64,000 bases of DNA from Entomortierella parvispora E1425 (GCA_020891255.1 BQFW01000009.1:744001-808000), one strand, 5' to 3'. Shown: positions 11,434 through 24,955, counted from the first letter of the stretch. Numbers and translations: made by a program. Notes: generated from the letters alone by a model not told the origin.

Positions 11434-14400
11434 TTATCGACCGCCAGCCTCGGCGGCAGTGGCGGCAGCAACGGCCTGTCGACCCGCCACCACCCAAGGA
11501 TGATGAAAGAGTTCACTCGACATGGGACGACGCGCGCCCTGGGTCTGCAACAGCCAGCGCACCAGGTCCTTGGATTCGTCCGACACGGCGCTCACCCCGC
11601 GCATTTTGGGCACCACCATCACATGGGCAATATCCTCGGCTGCGGAGGCGGCGTTCGAGGCCGCCAAATTGCTAAATGACAATGGGTTGGTCGAAGATGT
11701 CTCTGGAACAGCCGCTGTCTGGGGAACAGACGATTCTGCCAAGGTCGTGGGCGACGGCGCCGACGCCGCCGCCGCCGCTGCTGCTGCCGCCTTGTGTTGT
11801 TGCTGTTGCTGAAAGATCTCAGCCGCAGAGGTAGAGTGGGTGGACCCAAGACTGGCCGTCGACCCATTCCGTTGATGCAAATCCATCAAACTGGCCCGTT
11901 TAATCGACACGGACTCTCCCGGGAAACCAAACTCTGCATGTGCGACCATGCTCAAAAAACTCTTTCGACTCATGCCCGGTCGCATGTTGAACGGCAGGAA
12001 CCCAACCAAAAGGGCGTACAGGACCACGCCCAGGGACCAAATGTCGGCCTCCCGCCCGTCATATGCCTGACCCAAAATAATTTCCGGCGCGGCGTAATCC
12101 TCGGATCCACATCGGGTCGTCAAAAGCGGTGCATCCGGCTCAATGACTTTGGCTAGTCCAAAATCTGTCAGCTTGACCTTGGGTCGCAATGGCGCACCCG
12201 CCCTTGGCTCGAGAAGGACATCTGAAGAAAGGAATAAAAAAAAAAAAAAAAAAAAAGGTCACAAACAAAAAAAGAATCAAGGTTAAGATGCTACCCCATG
12301 ATATGAAATCAAACGTTGCACAAAGAAAAAGAAAGATGTCTTTGTTCCCGCTGATGAGACACAATTTTCGGTTTGTGCCTTTGTTGTTCCGTGTGCATCT
12401 AGCCGTGTTTCCATGTTTGTTTGTAGTCGTGGGTGGATGTCGGACCAATGATTGACGCACACACCCAAAATGACCCTGGCGTTGGAAACGAGGCAGGGGT
12501 CAATCCTTCCCCAGCAGGGTGAAAAAGAAAAGAGGGTTCACCCTGCTGTTTGCTGAAGGTACACCTGTCACAGTAAAGAGAAAAAAAACACAACACTCCG
12601 TCGTTCCTTTCTGTGCTTCCATGCTCATGTTCCTTCCTGTCAGATTCTTTCCCGAAAAGCCAAGGGTCCCGAGTCAGTCCCTGTTGTGTGGGGTCCTTAA
12701 AAAACTTACTCTCCAGTTTGAGATCTCTGTGCACGACATTGTTCTCGTGCAAATAGTGCACGGCTAACGAAAACAAAAAGAGGGAAAAAAAAATAATTAG
12801 ATCATCGATCATCTGAAAAAGGACCATAATATCCTCTCAATCAAACACAACAGCAAGTATGGCGTGTTTTGCAACACCACTGGGTTCTTTGATGACTGTA
12901 CCATCAACAATCTGGGCAAAGATGAACTGAATATCTGCCTCGGACGCAATGGCTCTCTTGTCTGCCACAAACTCAAAAAGTTCGCCTCCAGAGGCATAGT
13001 CCAACACGATGCACATCTGAAGTGAAGTTTCGACCACTTCTCGGAATCCAATAATGTTGGGGTGCTGAATCGACTATGCAGCGTAAAATAAAGGGGGTGC
13101 AGACGCAACCGTGGAAAAGTAAGAGGTCAGCCATGATTACCAAAGGCATTCCAAGGAGGTGTCAGATCACATCCATCATGAAACAAACAGAGAGTAAAGT
13201 CGGGCATGTGGTCAGTAAAAAATGAACAAAGAAGTAAGCCAAGGGAGGGCTTTAAGGTGTACCTTGAGCAGTTCCGATTCACGTTGGACACTGATCCCAA
13301 GACGGTCGCTAGACTGAATCATGGCCCGACTCATCACCTTGATCGCAACATGGTCCCCAGTTCGAGTGTCCACCGCCATCTTCACCTCTGAGAAGCTACC
13401 CCGCCCAATGTTGTGCAGAAGCTTATAGGGTCCAACAGAGTTTTTAAGTCCAGGGTAGATCTTTCGCTGTCCGCTACTGGTCGGAGCAGACGAGACAGCC
13501 GCAATGGTCGACCCCGGATTTGAATCCTGATTCAGTACCGAGGACTCTGAAATATCGTCGCCATTGACCTTTTCAGCGTGCTGGGGCGAGACCCAGGACG
13601 AGAGGCTCGAATGACTGGATGAGGGAGGGTCCCGGAAGATGTTTGAGGAGCCGATGGTTGACCGCGTGAGCGGGGAAGGCAAGTTTGAGAACAGGTTGGA
13701 TTGGGAGGAGGACGGGGTCAGCAGCGGATTCCGATGCAAAGGCTGTTGGGAGGATCTGCTGCTGGGGAGCTGGTGCGAGTGACGATTGTTGTGGGGTAGA
13801 GGTCGTGCAGCTGCAGGAGACGCGTGGCTCAGGATCGAGTGGGGATCACGAGAAGGGGGAGTCGACGGATCCACATCCTCGTCATCCTCCCCCGTGGCGT
13901 GGATGCCTTCTTCAGGGTGAACAGGAATGCCATCCGGATTAAAGCCCATGGCCAGACCTCCGACTATGGCGCCCATCGTCGACCTCGAGCCTAGACTCGG
14001 TGAACCTCCCGTCGCGATCATGCTCTCGCCTCCGTCGGCACCGGTGGAGACCGGATGGGCAAAGATATTGCTCCCGTGGTGCGAGTGCGCCTGGTTGTAT
14101 GAGAACGACCGAGCATGCGAGGAAGAGGACGCATACCTGCCCTTGGTTTTGGACAGGTCCAGCAGGTCGCCCTTGGCCAGCACAGGCGTGGTGGACGGTA
14201 CCACGGCCGAAGTGGAGACTGGAATGACAATGGGCGGGGGTGGAGATCGGACGGTCGGGGTGGACGGCATTGTGGACGAAGGAGTTGTGGGTGATCGCGG
14301 CATGGGCGCAAGGCGAGGCGGCGGTCGAGGGGTCGGAGTGCTGTTGTTGAATGCGTCGTCCCATGCAGTGTGCTTTCTGGAGGGAGCTACGGATGCAGTG

Positions 14401-14576
14401 GACGCCATGGACGGGACCATGGCATCGTCATTGCTAGGTCCGAGGGCAGTCGTCGACAGCCTGGCCAAGGAAGGACTGTGGGGTTTGGAGAAGAAGAGGT
14501 CGTTCTTTGACAACGGCGGAGGAGAGGCCAAGGCATCCTGGGCCTCTGAGACAGCTGAGCTTGGAATAGAGGCCAT
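11434..14576 (-). CDS. Ser/Thr protein kinase, CAMK group (Prr1/Ppk27-like), long low-complexity N-terminus; 4 exons
   Basis: Motifs IGRGSFSEVK, VAIK, HRDLKLENVLL (spliced), DFG, CGSEDYAAPE and DIWSLGV. Exons 14576-13263, 13073-12902, 12763-12710 and 12221-11434 join in frame. Confidence 0.92.
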
Positions 14577-14859
14577 GGCGGGAAAAGAGGGGTTGAGTGC
14601 AGTGGAAGAGAGAAAGAGAGAAAGAGAGAGTGAGTGAGGATAGAAGAGAGAAGAGAGGTGAAGATGGACAAGGAAGGACGGTGGTGAACAAAAGAGACGA
14701 GAGGACAGACAGGCAGACAGGCAGACAGACAGACAGGCAGACACCAAAGGAAGAAGAGTACGAAGAAGACGAAGAAGACGAAGAAGACGAAGAAGAGAAA
14801 TAAAAAAAAAAAAAAAAGAAAGAAGACCGAACGAAAGAAAAGGAGTCATCTCGTCATCG

Positions 14860-14935
14860 AGCGTGAGTGTGTGTGTGTGTGTGAGTGTGTGAGTGTGTGA
14901 GTGTGAGTGTGTGAGTGTGAGTGCGTGTGTGATGT
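14860..14935. repeat. Compound (GT)n/(GAGTGT)n microsatellite upstream of the kinase
   Basis: Directly visible: gagtgtgtgtgtgtgtgtgagtgtgtgagtgtgtgagtgtgag... Confidence 0.9.
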
Positions 14936-15302
14936 GTGAAAGTGGAGAAGTGTGCCACTTTGCGTTCATTTGCTCACTTTCTCTCCCTTGAATTCCCTCG
15001 TTTCTTTTTCTTTCGTCCGTCCGTCCGTCCGTCCCTGTCGACGCGCGCGCTAATTCGCTGACTGGAGGGCAAACGGAGTTCTGTCAGGTCTGTCTGTCGG
15101 GTCTGTCTGTCTGTCTTTTCTGTCTCTCTGTCTGCAGGGAACAAAAACACCCACAGCGCCACGTGCCATTTTCGGGCTGCTCTCTTTCTCTCTCTCCGTC
15201 TTCACCTGCTTGCCTGCCTTTTTTTTTTTTTTTTTTTTTGGCCTGTTGGCTTGTTAGCTTGTTGGCTTGTTGGCTTGTTGGCTTGCACCTCCAGGCAATA
15301 GA

Positions 15303-16211
15303 GATCACCTGACTCTGTCAATGAAAGCCAGTGTGCGGATCTGAGAAAGTTGTCGTTCTCAACGAGTTTGGAGAAAAACACACATCTGCGAGATTTTAGC
15401 ATGGATCGATGCTTCTCGGCCAAAGAACCACGGCGTACTTGGTCCTGAACGCGAGCGACATCCTTTTGCTAGTGAACATTGCCGTTCAAAGTCGGGATCA
15501 CCTGACTCTTGATAGCATCCAGCGAGGGATGGATCTTTGGATCGGTCGTTTCTCGACGAGTTTGGCAAAAACCACACAGTTCAGAGACCTTGCCTTGAAT
15601 CTGCCCTCCTCCGCGAAGGAAATATATCTCGCTTGTGTCAAGCGGCAACTTTTTTCTAATTGCAATTGCTTTAAAGCACCACACTGAAGTGGGTTCAAAT
15701 ATATTGAGTGGGCTATTCCATACCCCATCTTTTTCGTCATTGGATTCAGCACTTTTCCTGGCCATTGGGTGCAATTGAAGGTCGGGCCCTTTCGCATGCT
15801 TGTGGAGCAGAAATCCCTTCTCTCCACAGCGACTGCATCATGGCTGGTTGACATATTGAAGTGTAAGTTTTATGTAGCAATGTTGACTAGTAAAAAATCG
15901 CCCCCCGTTTTCAGGACCAAGTGCGCCGTGGTTCTCTGGCCAAGGAGCATCGATCCATGCTAAAATCTCACAGATTTGTGTTTTTCGCCCAACTCGTCGA
16001 GAAACGACTGATCCAAAGATCCACCATCCCTCGCTGGATGCTATCAAGAGTCAGGTGATCCCGACTTTGAGCAGCAATGTTCACTAGCAAAAGGATGTCG
16101 CTGGCATGCGAGACCAAGTGCGCTGCGATTCTTTCGCCGAGAAGCATCGATCCATGCTAAAATCTCGCAGATGTGTGTTTTTCGCCCAAGAAACAACCCG
16201 ATTCTCAGATC
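15303..16211. mobile_element. Foldback/MITE-like non-coding element with inverted arms made of ~193-bp units
   Basis: GATCACCTGACTCT occurs at 15303 and 15496 (period 193). The segment 15338-15590 is the reverse complement of ~15960-16211. The right arm (~15873-16211) holds ~1.75 units. No credible ORF and no clear TSD, so the mobile status is inferred. Confidence 0.55.
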
Positions 16212-16431
16212 TGGTATCTTGCATGCTTCATACCTCAAATATATTTTAAAAAGTAAAATTTATATAAAGATATTATTGCGTCACCGTACGCGTACTTGAT
16301 GTATTGCCTAATTCCCCCCCAAACGATCAATCTCCTCTGTCCTTGGTTCCTGTATTCTCATTCGACATCACCGCCTTACATCTCCACTCTTTGCCTTCAT
16401 TCTTTCTCTCTTCACATCGCATACATTCATA

Positions 16432-18035
16432 ATGGACAAGCGCAAGGAAGCACCAACATCCGATGGCGTCCTCATCAAGAGGCAAAAGCCCGAGACTGAG
16501 AACACCTCCAATGCCGTCACTATTCAGACAAAAGGCGCCAGTGGCGCACTTGTGCAAACTGTAAGAACAATCGATGCTGGACAGGAGCTGATGCGGCACT
16601 CGCGCAGTATTAGAACTAGTCAATGGAGAAATCAGTCTTCATTGGCGAACATGATACCTTGACTATCAGGATCTACTTTTATTCAAGATGCATGAGCTCA
16701 ACCATTTCTTTCCTATGTCACTCTAGGTAAAGCGAACATCTGCTTTGAAGGCGCCCATCATGCTCTTGCAAGGACAGTCAGCAGAGCTTTATACCTGTAA
16801 ATTCAGTCCTTCGGGAGAACACATCGCCTCAGCAGGAGCAGAAAAGAGCATCTGTAAGCTTTCAGCGGATACAGCAAGGATTACGCGTTTTTGTCCTTCC
16901 AGCAAAGGTGCATACTGACATTGCCCGCGTTTTGCTCACACGGTAGATCTTTGGAACACATATGGAGACTGCACCAACTACGGAGTCATCAAGGGTCACA
17001 TTGGAGCTATCTTGGAGTTGCATTGGTCAAGGGACGGAAGGTATTTTCAGGAACTGATTGACCGTCAATGTCTCAAAGAGATATCTCAGATCACTTATCC
17101 CAGCACTTTCGATCTACAGTATGATTTTCACAGCAAGCACGGACAAGACCTGTGGTGTTTTTGATGTCCAGACAGGAGAGAGAATCAAGAGATTCAAGGG
17201 TCACACAACCTTTGTCAACAGTTGCTCACCCGCCCGGAAAGGTCCTGAGCTGCTTGCAAGTGGATCTGATGATGGCTCTGTGAAGGTACGGCTGTTTTAC
17301 TACACTGCCTGATAATAGCTTATGACCGTTCCCTTACATTGCTCTTTTCTCCTTTAATTGTGCACATAGATCTGGGATCTTCGCTCCAAGAATGCAGTCG
17401 AAACCTTTGAATCACAGTACCAAATCACATCGGTCTCGTTTTCTGATGCCGGCGATTTAGTTTTTGCTGGAGGGATCGACAACAATATTGCGGCTTGGGA
17501 CATGCGCAAAAAGAGTGTAGCATACTCATTGACAGGACACATGGATACGGTGTCTGGTATCAGCTTATCACCCGACGGGAACCAGCTGTTGTCTAATGGC
17601 ATGGATAACACCGTTAGAATCTGGGATGTCAAGCCCTTCTCCGCAACAGGCAACAGACTACTGAAGACCTTTGAGGGAGCACCTCATGGATTTGAGAAAA
17701 ACTTGATTCGCCCAGCCTGGTCAAAAGATGGCTCAATGATCGGTGTCGGCGCTGGAGATCGTACCATGGTGATCTGGGATACATTGACTCGCAAGATTTT
17801 GTACAAGTTGCCAGGACACAAGGGATGTGTTAATGATGTTGACTTTCACCCAAGGGAACCTATCGGTAAGTTCGTCATTGCCAAAAAAAAAAAAAAAAAA
17901 AAAAAAAAAGAATGCCGTGAAGTTGGTTGTGATGGTCCTTGTTATTAACCGGGTAAAGCTCTTTTTTCTTCAATAGTTGTGTCTTGCAGTACGGACAAAA
18001 ACATGTTCCTGGGCGAAATCAACCCAAGCAAATAA
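16432..18035 (+). CDS. SNRNP40: U5 snRNP 40-kDa WD40 protein (Spf38/Cwf17-like); multi-exon
   Basis: Spliced segments include VKRTSALKAPIMLLQG, FTASTDKTCGVFDVQTGERIKRFKGH, GAPHGFEKNLIRPAWS, KILYKLPGHKGCVNDVDFHPREPI and a C-terminal STDKNMFLGEI. Confidence 0.92.
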
Positions 18036-18505
18036 ATGTACCAACCTCACCCAAGCTTTTTATCCATCATATTCCGAGACTCTGCATGCATGTGTCTAGA
18101 CCCTGGTCGATCGAGACGTTCTGGACGTACAAAGCAGTTAACGTGCACATGGGTCAAAGGAAGGGCTCTCAAGAAAAATATTTCCATCGACCCGTTCATC
18201 TTGCTCGGTGAAAGGGGAGGGAGGGGGCGAGGATCCAGCATTGTTTGTGTCCACAAAGATCGGCTGGTTGTTTCCATCAGCATCCCTTCTCCCCTTTCCC
18301 TTGTTTGTCTGCCTTACATTCAGCGAAACTCTTCCACCTCTTCCTCTTCCTCCTCCTCCCCCTCCTCCTCCTTCTCTTCCTCCTCCTCCTTCTCTTCCTC
18401 CTCAAACGAACCACTTCTTGACACCGTCCTCCTCATTAACAGAATCAACGTTGGATTTGAGTGGTCAGCGCTTTTATTTTGACACACTCCTGGGACTAAG
18501 CAGTA

Positions 18506-20494
18506 ATGATACATCGAATACTCAACACAACAGCCATTTTTTTCATCAGCTGTGCAATTTCTGCTTTAGTCGTTGGAGCGTCGCCGACAGTCCCTTTTGT
18601 CCCTGTGGCCGTTGGTGGAGCGGCGTACGGAAAGGCTGGGACTCGACTTCTCGTCGTCGGTGGCAACGCTATGACCAATACATTGGCCGGGCCAAATCTC
18701 AATCAGTTCTTCGCATTGGATCTGACTGTGCCATGGCAGGCGTCTTCACCGGCTTGGATTGAAATGAACAACAAGAGCGTACCAACGCAGACTCTCTTTA
18801 CAGGAGCCGTTTCCGTTGACGGGAGCCTGTTTGTAACTTTTCGATCAGGCAACATTTTATCCTATCGATATCGTATTGACAAGGATGAGTGGAGTCCTTC
18901 AGCAGTTGTTGTGCAGGATCCTCAGGTAGTGGGTCTCTTTCCAGCAACGGATTTGTCAACGGACAGTACGAGCGGCAATATTTATGTGGCGGGAGGATAC
19001 CAAGGAGATGACACGCAAATGTACGTGTACGATCCAGCAAAGGATGCAATGCTGCCCAGCTTTTCTATCCCAAGCAACCAACTATTGGATCGAAACTCGT
19101 ACGCGGCTGCGTATGTGAAGAGCCGGCAAAGTATATTTTACTTCGGAGGGATCGCGAGGAACGGAATCACCAGTCCAGGTGATATTACCGAGTTTGTGTC
19201 TGCGACCCAGACTTGGTCCACACTAGTAAGCAATCGGGAGCTACAAACAAGGCTCTGTCAAAACTGGCACCGACAGATCTAACTGACTGTTGGTATAATC
19301 GACTAGAGCTTTTCAGGAAATCCAGGAGTATCCAGGCCTCCGCATCGTGTGAACCTGTGCATGGTTGCAAATGATGATGGGACCAAGGTGGTGGTGTTTG
19401 GAGGGGTGTTGGATAACAGTATCTGGGCAACGGACATTTGGGTTTTGGATGTTCAGACCTTGCTCTGGACTATGGGTCCTGTGAACCAACTCCCTCGACA
19501 GAACCCTGTCTGCGCCATTGCTGGAAACACCTTTGTTGCCTGGGGAGGTATGAATTTTTTTTATTGTGTCGCAACCAGTCTTGATGAGCTTTGGCAAAGT
19601 ACGAACAAGATTGCACAGCCAACTGATCCTCCCTTTTTTTTATCTCCAGGTTTCGATCCTACCGATTCGATAGGAACGACTGTACTGTATGACATTGGTC
19701 TTAACCAAATGGTCTCCAGCTACACCCCTTCAGCGTCTTATGTCGCGGCGTCCAACAAAGGATCCAAGAACATCATTATCATTAGTACCTGCTCCGTGCT
19801 CGCCATCGTGGTGGTTCTCGGTCTGTCGTACTGGATATTCCGGAGGCGAAAGACGACCATGGGATCATATTTGTCCATTGGGAGTAGTAAGAGAAACAGA
19901 AACTCGGAACCAAGCTCATTCATATCCATCAGGGATTCAGTCTTCTCTTCCATGCCTGAATCTGCGACCGCTATAAAGATGGTCGACTACCTGGAACACT
20001 CAGGACGACGACAGGAGCATCCGCTACGACCAGTTAGTAGTTCCAATCGGGGCACAGGATTTCAGCCCTATTCAGTAAACTACGACCATCGCCGAGATCC
20101 TCAAAAACTTGAGCAACAACAATATCAGCAGCAGCAACAACGGTCATCTCAACCAAATAGAACAAGCAAATACGAATATGACCCTTACCCAATACGACAG
20201 GTGCAGGACCCACACGCCTATCGACCTCAGGATGACCCCACCATAGCGGCCTTGAAAGAAAAACGTATCCTTAAGCGTGAGATTGAAAAACAAAAACTAG
20301 AACTGGAGTTGCAAAAACAACAGATGAAATTGGAGCAACAAAGACAGGAGCTTTTGCGATGGAATCCGAATCGGGCAGCGCTCAGTGACGGAGTAGGGGT
20401 AGAGCCTGTCAGAGCAGCCGTCGTAGGAGGAACAGCCGGTGCTGAAGGAAGCGCTCAAGTACCTGCTATGAAAAAGAGAGATGGCGTTCGATAG
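18506..20494 (+). CDS. Kelch/galactose-oxidase-type beta-propeller, type I membrane protein
   Basis: Signal-peptide-like N-terminus. Kelch-like blades (LLVVGGN, IYVAGGY, IFYFGGI, VVVFGGV, FVAWGG). TM helix IIIISTCSVLAIVVVLGLSYWIF followed by RRRK. Gln-rich/coiled-coil tail. Introns 19226-19306 and 19548-19649. Confidence 0.85.
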
Positions 20495-20901
20495 TCAAGT
20501 CGATATCCAGGAAGCATCATCTGCTGGAGAGGGACAATCGAGACCAGCAAGCGCTCTCTTTCCTTCTGGAGCGCGATAAAGACAACTTGATCAACTACAT
20601 TCGAGCACTCTGAGCGTTTCAATGAACTTGCCCGTCGACAACTTAACCGATCATGGGCATCATTATCCTCAAAATACATCCAGGGCGCCGATATCAACTG
20701 TCTATGAGAATCGGTCGTCGTTGTCACCATGAAAAAGATATCGCATCACGTCCACCCTTTTGAGAAAAGTTGACAGAGATTTGTCCACCAAAATCAACCG
20801 TTGGAGCCCCCTTCAGTTCTCGTGTTATTGTTTGTTTTGTTCATTAGCACGTCTTTGCGCCTCCCCTATCTCGGCCTCGTCCTCCGTGCTCCCTCCCCCG
20901 T

Positions 20902-20904
<3 letters not shown>

Positions 20905-20939
<35 letters not shown>
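20905..20939. repeat. (TC)n microsatellite
   Basis: Directly visible uninterrupted TC run. Confidence 0.9.
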
Positions 20940-20943
<4 letters not shown>

Positions 20944-22539
20944 TCATCTGGATTTAATTCTTTTTTTAGGACGTGAAAGTAGACCAGATTTTGAAATCGG
21001 GGCAGCCTTTCGTCTAAGTTGGATAATGTTGAGGGCGAACAATGAAAGAGTCCTGATCTGCTCACTCCATGCAAACCAACACTTTGTTGATCTCTTCAAT
21101 AAAGGACATGGTGTTAAGAGAGCCAGTCAAGATGTTGATCCGACTGGTGTGGGAGGGGAAGAAAGAAAACATCATACTCGTATCCTCCAAATTGATGGCG
21201 ATCTTCTCTCTTCCTTGGAAGGGACAGAGGCCAAAACTGAAGAGTCCGATCTGATGACAGTGTTCTATTCTTTCCTTCTTTTCTAGGCGGAAGCGGCCAT
21301 GATGTAAAAATAAATAGACGTACTTGTAATGCTCTGGCGGAAGACAATGACAAAAAAAAAAAAAAAGGCAGGACTTGGTGTAGAACCACGGCAATGACAA
21401 AGATAGAAGCTGGCCAGTAGTAAAACTGAGAATTGCCGGAGGGGCATCCCTCACAATAAAGACGGATACCCTTATGATTTTCATCTTGATAGAAGACTTT
21501 CTCTGTCATTGCAGACTATGGCCTTCTTTGATGGTTTAAGCAGTCGGTAGGTTCTTGGGTTCTTGTTGCTATAAGATTCAGAAGTCTAGCAAGTGCGACA
21601 ATGGCCATGTTGCTCCCTTTAAGTTGATCTGCGCTTGTTTCCCACTGACTGAATTCACTGGTAGTTGGGGGCCAAGTGGAAATCATATTGATGTATGTCT
21701 GCTCTCTATGAACAGCGACATGCCGGTGTAATTCAGCATGGAGATCGACAAGAGCAGGCAGCGTTGACTCGAAATAGTTCCTGATGGATCCTAGGAGTCT
21801 GCTGAGAATCTTGTTATGTCGAAAGAGCGGGCTTGTCCGAGGCCAGCTCCAGAGGATGGTCAAGGAATGATTACAAGTCCTTGCGCTGACTGTCCAGAAA
21901 CACTCGGCTATCATGCCTGGTGACACATAGGGTGTAAAGGGCGTCATTGCTCTTTTGTGGCCTGAATTGATGCGACAGAAAACTCATCATGCATCATTCA
22001 GTCGGCGGTGCTGTGAGTGCTAACCACTTGAGAGTTAGAACCTTTTTTTATTTTATTTTTTACAGTTGGGTCAACAAGTACCGTCGAACCTTTGAAAAGT
22101 TCGAGTTGTTCATCATGCACTGGCGTAATTCGGATAAATCTCTGCTAATCCTGTTTGCCACAAGTCAAATTCTACTGGAGTGGTCAATGAATTCAAACTG
22201 ACGCCTGGTTCTGTGTTTGGCGCCCAAATCATACTTTGCAACCTTGTGAATGAAAGTAGGGAGTGTTGCTTTCCACCATGCATTTTTTGCGTTTGCTCAA
22301 CTTCCAATTGGGCAGTGTAGACTGTTTGGTGGCCATCGGCAGTGCCGTTCTCCGGTAGCACGAACCACATAAAGATAAAGGAAGTGGTAAGCGAGGATCA
22401 ACAAATCAATCCTGGGACCCCTGTCTGCGTTTCTGAATCGAGAGCAAAAAAAAAAAAGCGCCACCAACTTTGTCAATGATCACGTGCAAGACGCACAGAC
22501 CATGTTAGGTGAGAAGGGCATCACCTTTGGCGACCGATC

Positions 22540-23010
22540 AGTGTGTGTAATGCGGGAGCAGTATTGGATGCCTATTTCTCTCTACAAACGAAGCTGGTCT
22601 CGACAATTTTATCCGCATCAGCGTTGAACCTTCACATACAAGACCCCATTCAAAGAGAGGCTTTCGAGCCTTGGCAGGTCCTTCAGCCGTCGCTGTAGCA
22701 TCTCCTGAAGTGGTTTGCTCAGGTATGATTTCTCTCCGGAAGGGGCTGTCCAGCGAATCTGCTCCTCTCCTCCATTCCCTCCGTCGGTCAATGATACCAG
22801 AGAGTGATCCGATTTCTCGACGCACCGAAAGTCCCTCCAACGAAAGAGATTACAATGTCGAACAACCCCATTCCGACTCAAAAATCAAAGATGTAGTCGC
22901 TTCATCGAGGGGCACCCTGTTATGGAAATGAAATCTCCTCAGACTTGTGAATTCTCGCGACCTGATTACCTCGCTGACGGCAAAGAGCAATCATGCGCAT
23001 CCGTCTCTGA
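22540..23010 (-). pseudogene. 3' remnant of an F-box-family gene
   Basis: VIRSREFTSLRRFHFHNRVPLDEATTSLIFESEWGCSTL*SLSLEGL aligns with VLSPDFAALRFLHFKSHYRFTEEQKSLLFDTEWRCLNLEALTLDG of 24956-26341. It has an in-frame TAA, and no N-terminal part is recognisable. Confidence 0.65.
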
Positions 23011-23109
23011 AGTCCGTTCCCAGGAAAGTCTCACGTGCGTTGCCACCAATTTTTTTTTTTTTTTTTTTTTTGGTAGTTCAGTCATGGACAAGGACATTTA
23101 TGGTCAGTC

Positions 23110-24514
23110 CTACACCCTCTTGTATCGAGTGCCATCAAGCAAGAAGGTCTTCAGCCTCGGCAAACTTGAAGTTGAAAACCCAATCCCAGATTTTGATCTC
23201 CAGCGTGCTCTCGTCTCCACCGAACTGCTGAGTCTTCCTCTAGTCGGTCCATGTCCAGCTGTTCCTTCATTTGGAGACTCCCAAAGCCGCTCAATGGGAG
23301 ATACTCCAGCTGGCTGCACCCCCATTTTGGCGTCATCATTGCCTGAGAAACCCCACAGGAATCTCTGGACCTCATCTTGATTTCAAGGTGCTTCAAAGAG
23401 ATAAACTTCCCAGACACAAGTGACCTTACGAGTTGATCCATGCTCTCCTCCTCCTCGACCGCGTCGCCGTTCAGTCGATTCAGTCTGAGGACTTGCAAGG
23501 TATTAGTATGCAGCTTCGGTGTGTTCCAGAGTGTGTAGTCCAAAAAGTGTGCCTGTGCACTCAATTGCTGAGAACTTGACAGGTTCGGTCCAGAAATGTC
23601 CAGAAATATCCACTGAGGCCAGACATTTTCCTGTCTCGGGTTCATTCTGCATAGATCAAAAATTGGTCGAGTCGAGGACAGAGCCGACCCAGCAGGGACA
23701 TGGCCTTGCCCAAGAATGAAATTCCGCCCGTCAAGGACCCAGTCATATTTTCGGAAAAGTCTATATGTGGCTTCAAGACAATTCTCTCCAGTTCAGGGCA
23801 GCATTGGAGAAATTGTTCAAAGGGGCTGGCCAGTGAAAGTTGGTATCTCCCAAGTAGTTATAGCTCCTTGATGGGAAGATTTTTCTGTGGAAAAGGTGGT
23901 TGTGAGAGAGCTTGCATGAAGCTAGAATCGTTTTCCATGGAGAAGACGTACAGGCGAGGAAGACTGAAGAACGTGTCCTGCAACTGACAGTAAGTCAGAG
24001 TTGACCAGTGGTAGATGTCCAGGCGTGTAAGATTGTCTGATTGTCACTGTGCAGTTGCAGCGTGTGTATCAATCACAGCATTAAGGTCATGGGGACTGAT
24101 ATAACTCCAGGTCAATCGTGCTAAATTTCTGATTCTTTACAACAAGGCGCAGTATTGGAGACTTCAGCAGCAAAAGTATCTGAGTTGAGAGAACAATGTA
24201 CTGGCACTCAAGAAAGGCGATATGGAGTCGTCATCACAGACTAGAATTTGAACATAGATAGAGTTCTTATCCAAAATTTGGCGAGGAACCTCACTCATAT
24301 CGAATAAAGAATGAATCCGCCAAACGAGAGGGACCATGGCGTGATATCGTGCAGTAGGTACGCGGCAGAGCCGCAATAGCGTAGCTGGTACAAACGTACC
24401 TCCATGAAGGTCAATAATCCAAAGAGGGTGGAACTCGACAATGAGTGCGACAATCTCGGGTGTTTTGAGCGCAATGGTGGATGCGGATGTACTTGTTCTG
24501 GGGGTTGAGATCAT
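23110..24514 (-). pseudogene. F-box-family pseudogene, paralogue of 24956-26341
   Basis: ALKTPEIVALIVEFHPLW...PATLLRLCRV matches ALAIPEIVSLIGEFIPLW...PAALLRLSRV. Later segments NLTRLDIYHWSTLTY...LPIKEL*LL...FEQFLQCCPELE, KWGCSQLE and LPRLKTFLLDGTRY lie in different frames, with stops. Confidence 0.8.
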
Positions 24515-24955
24515 GCTGGATGGGAAAGTCGGTGATGGATGAAGCACCGACATGCATGCATTCATGAAACAAGCAGAAGAAAAAAAAAGGCACGCTGTCA
24601 ACACAGCCGCACGACAAAGGCCCGCGGTTTTTTTCCCGCTTGGACGACAGTTGATTGGTGGTTGCAATTGGGCGTTCTTTGGAGCTGTGGTGGTCGATCG
24701 TATTTGCTCCTTCCTCCGCGGGCGTTCCTGTGACCCATAATCTCGATTCTTACATTCTCTTCTCTCTGACCGAGGGCCATTGATGACACATCATTGAAAG
24801 AGTGGTTTGTTTATTGTGGACGTTAAAAAGGACGTGTTACGACCAGCGCAACATTGTTAGGGACTCTTCTCGTTTGTCGTTATATTAGTTTGTTTTTCTC
24901 CGCTACTTCCTCTCTACCATCTGTTATTCCTTGGAGAGATGCGATACCAAGCATG

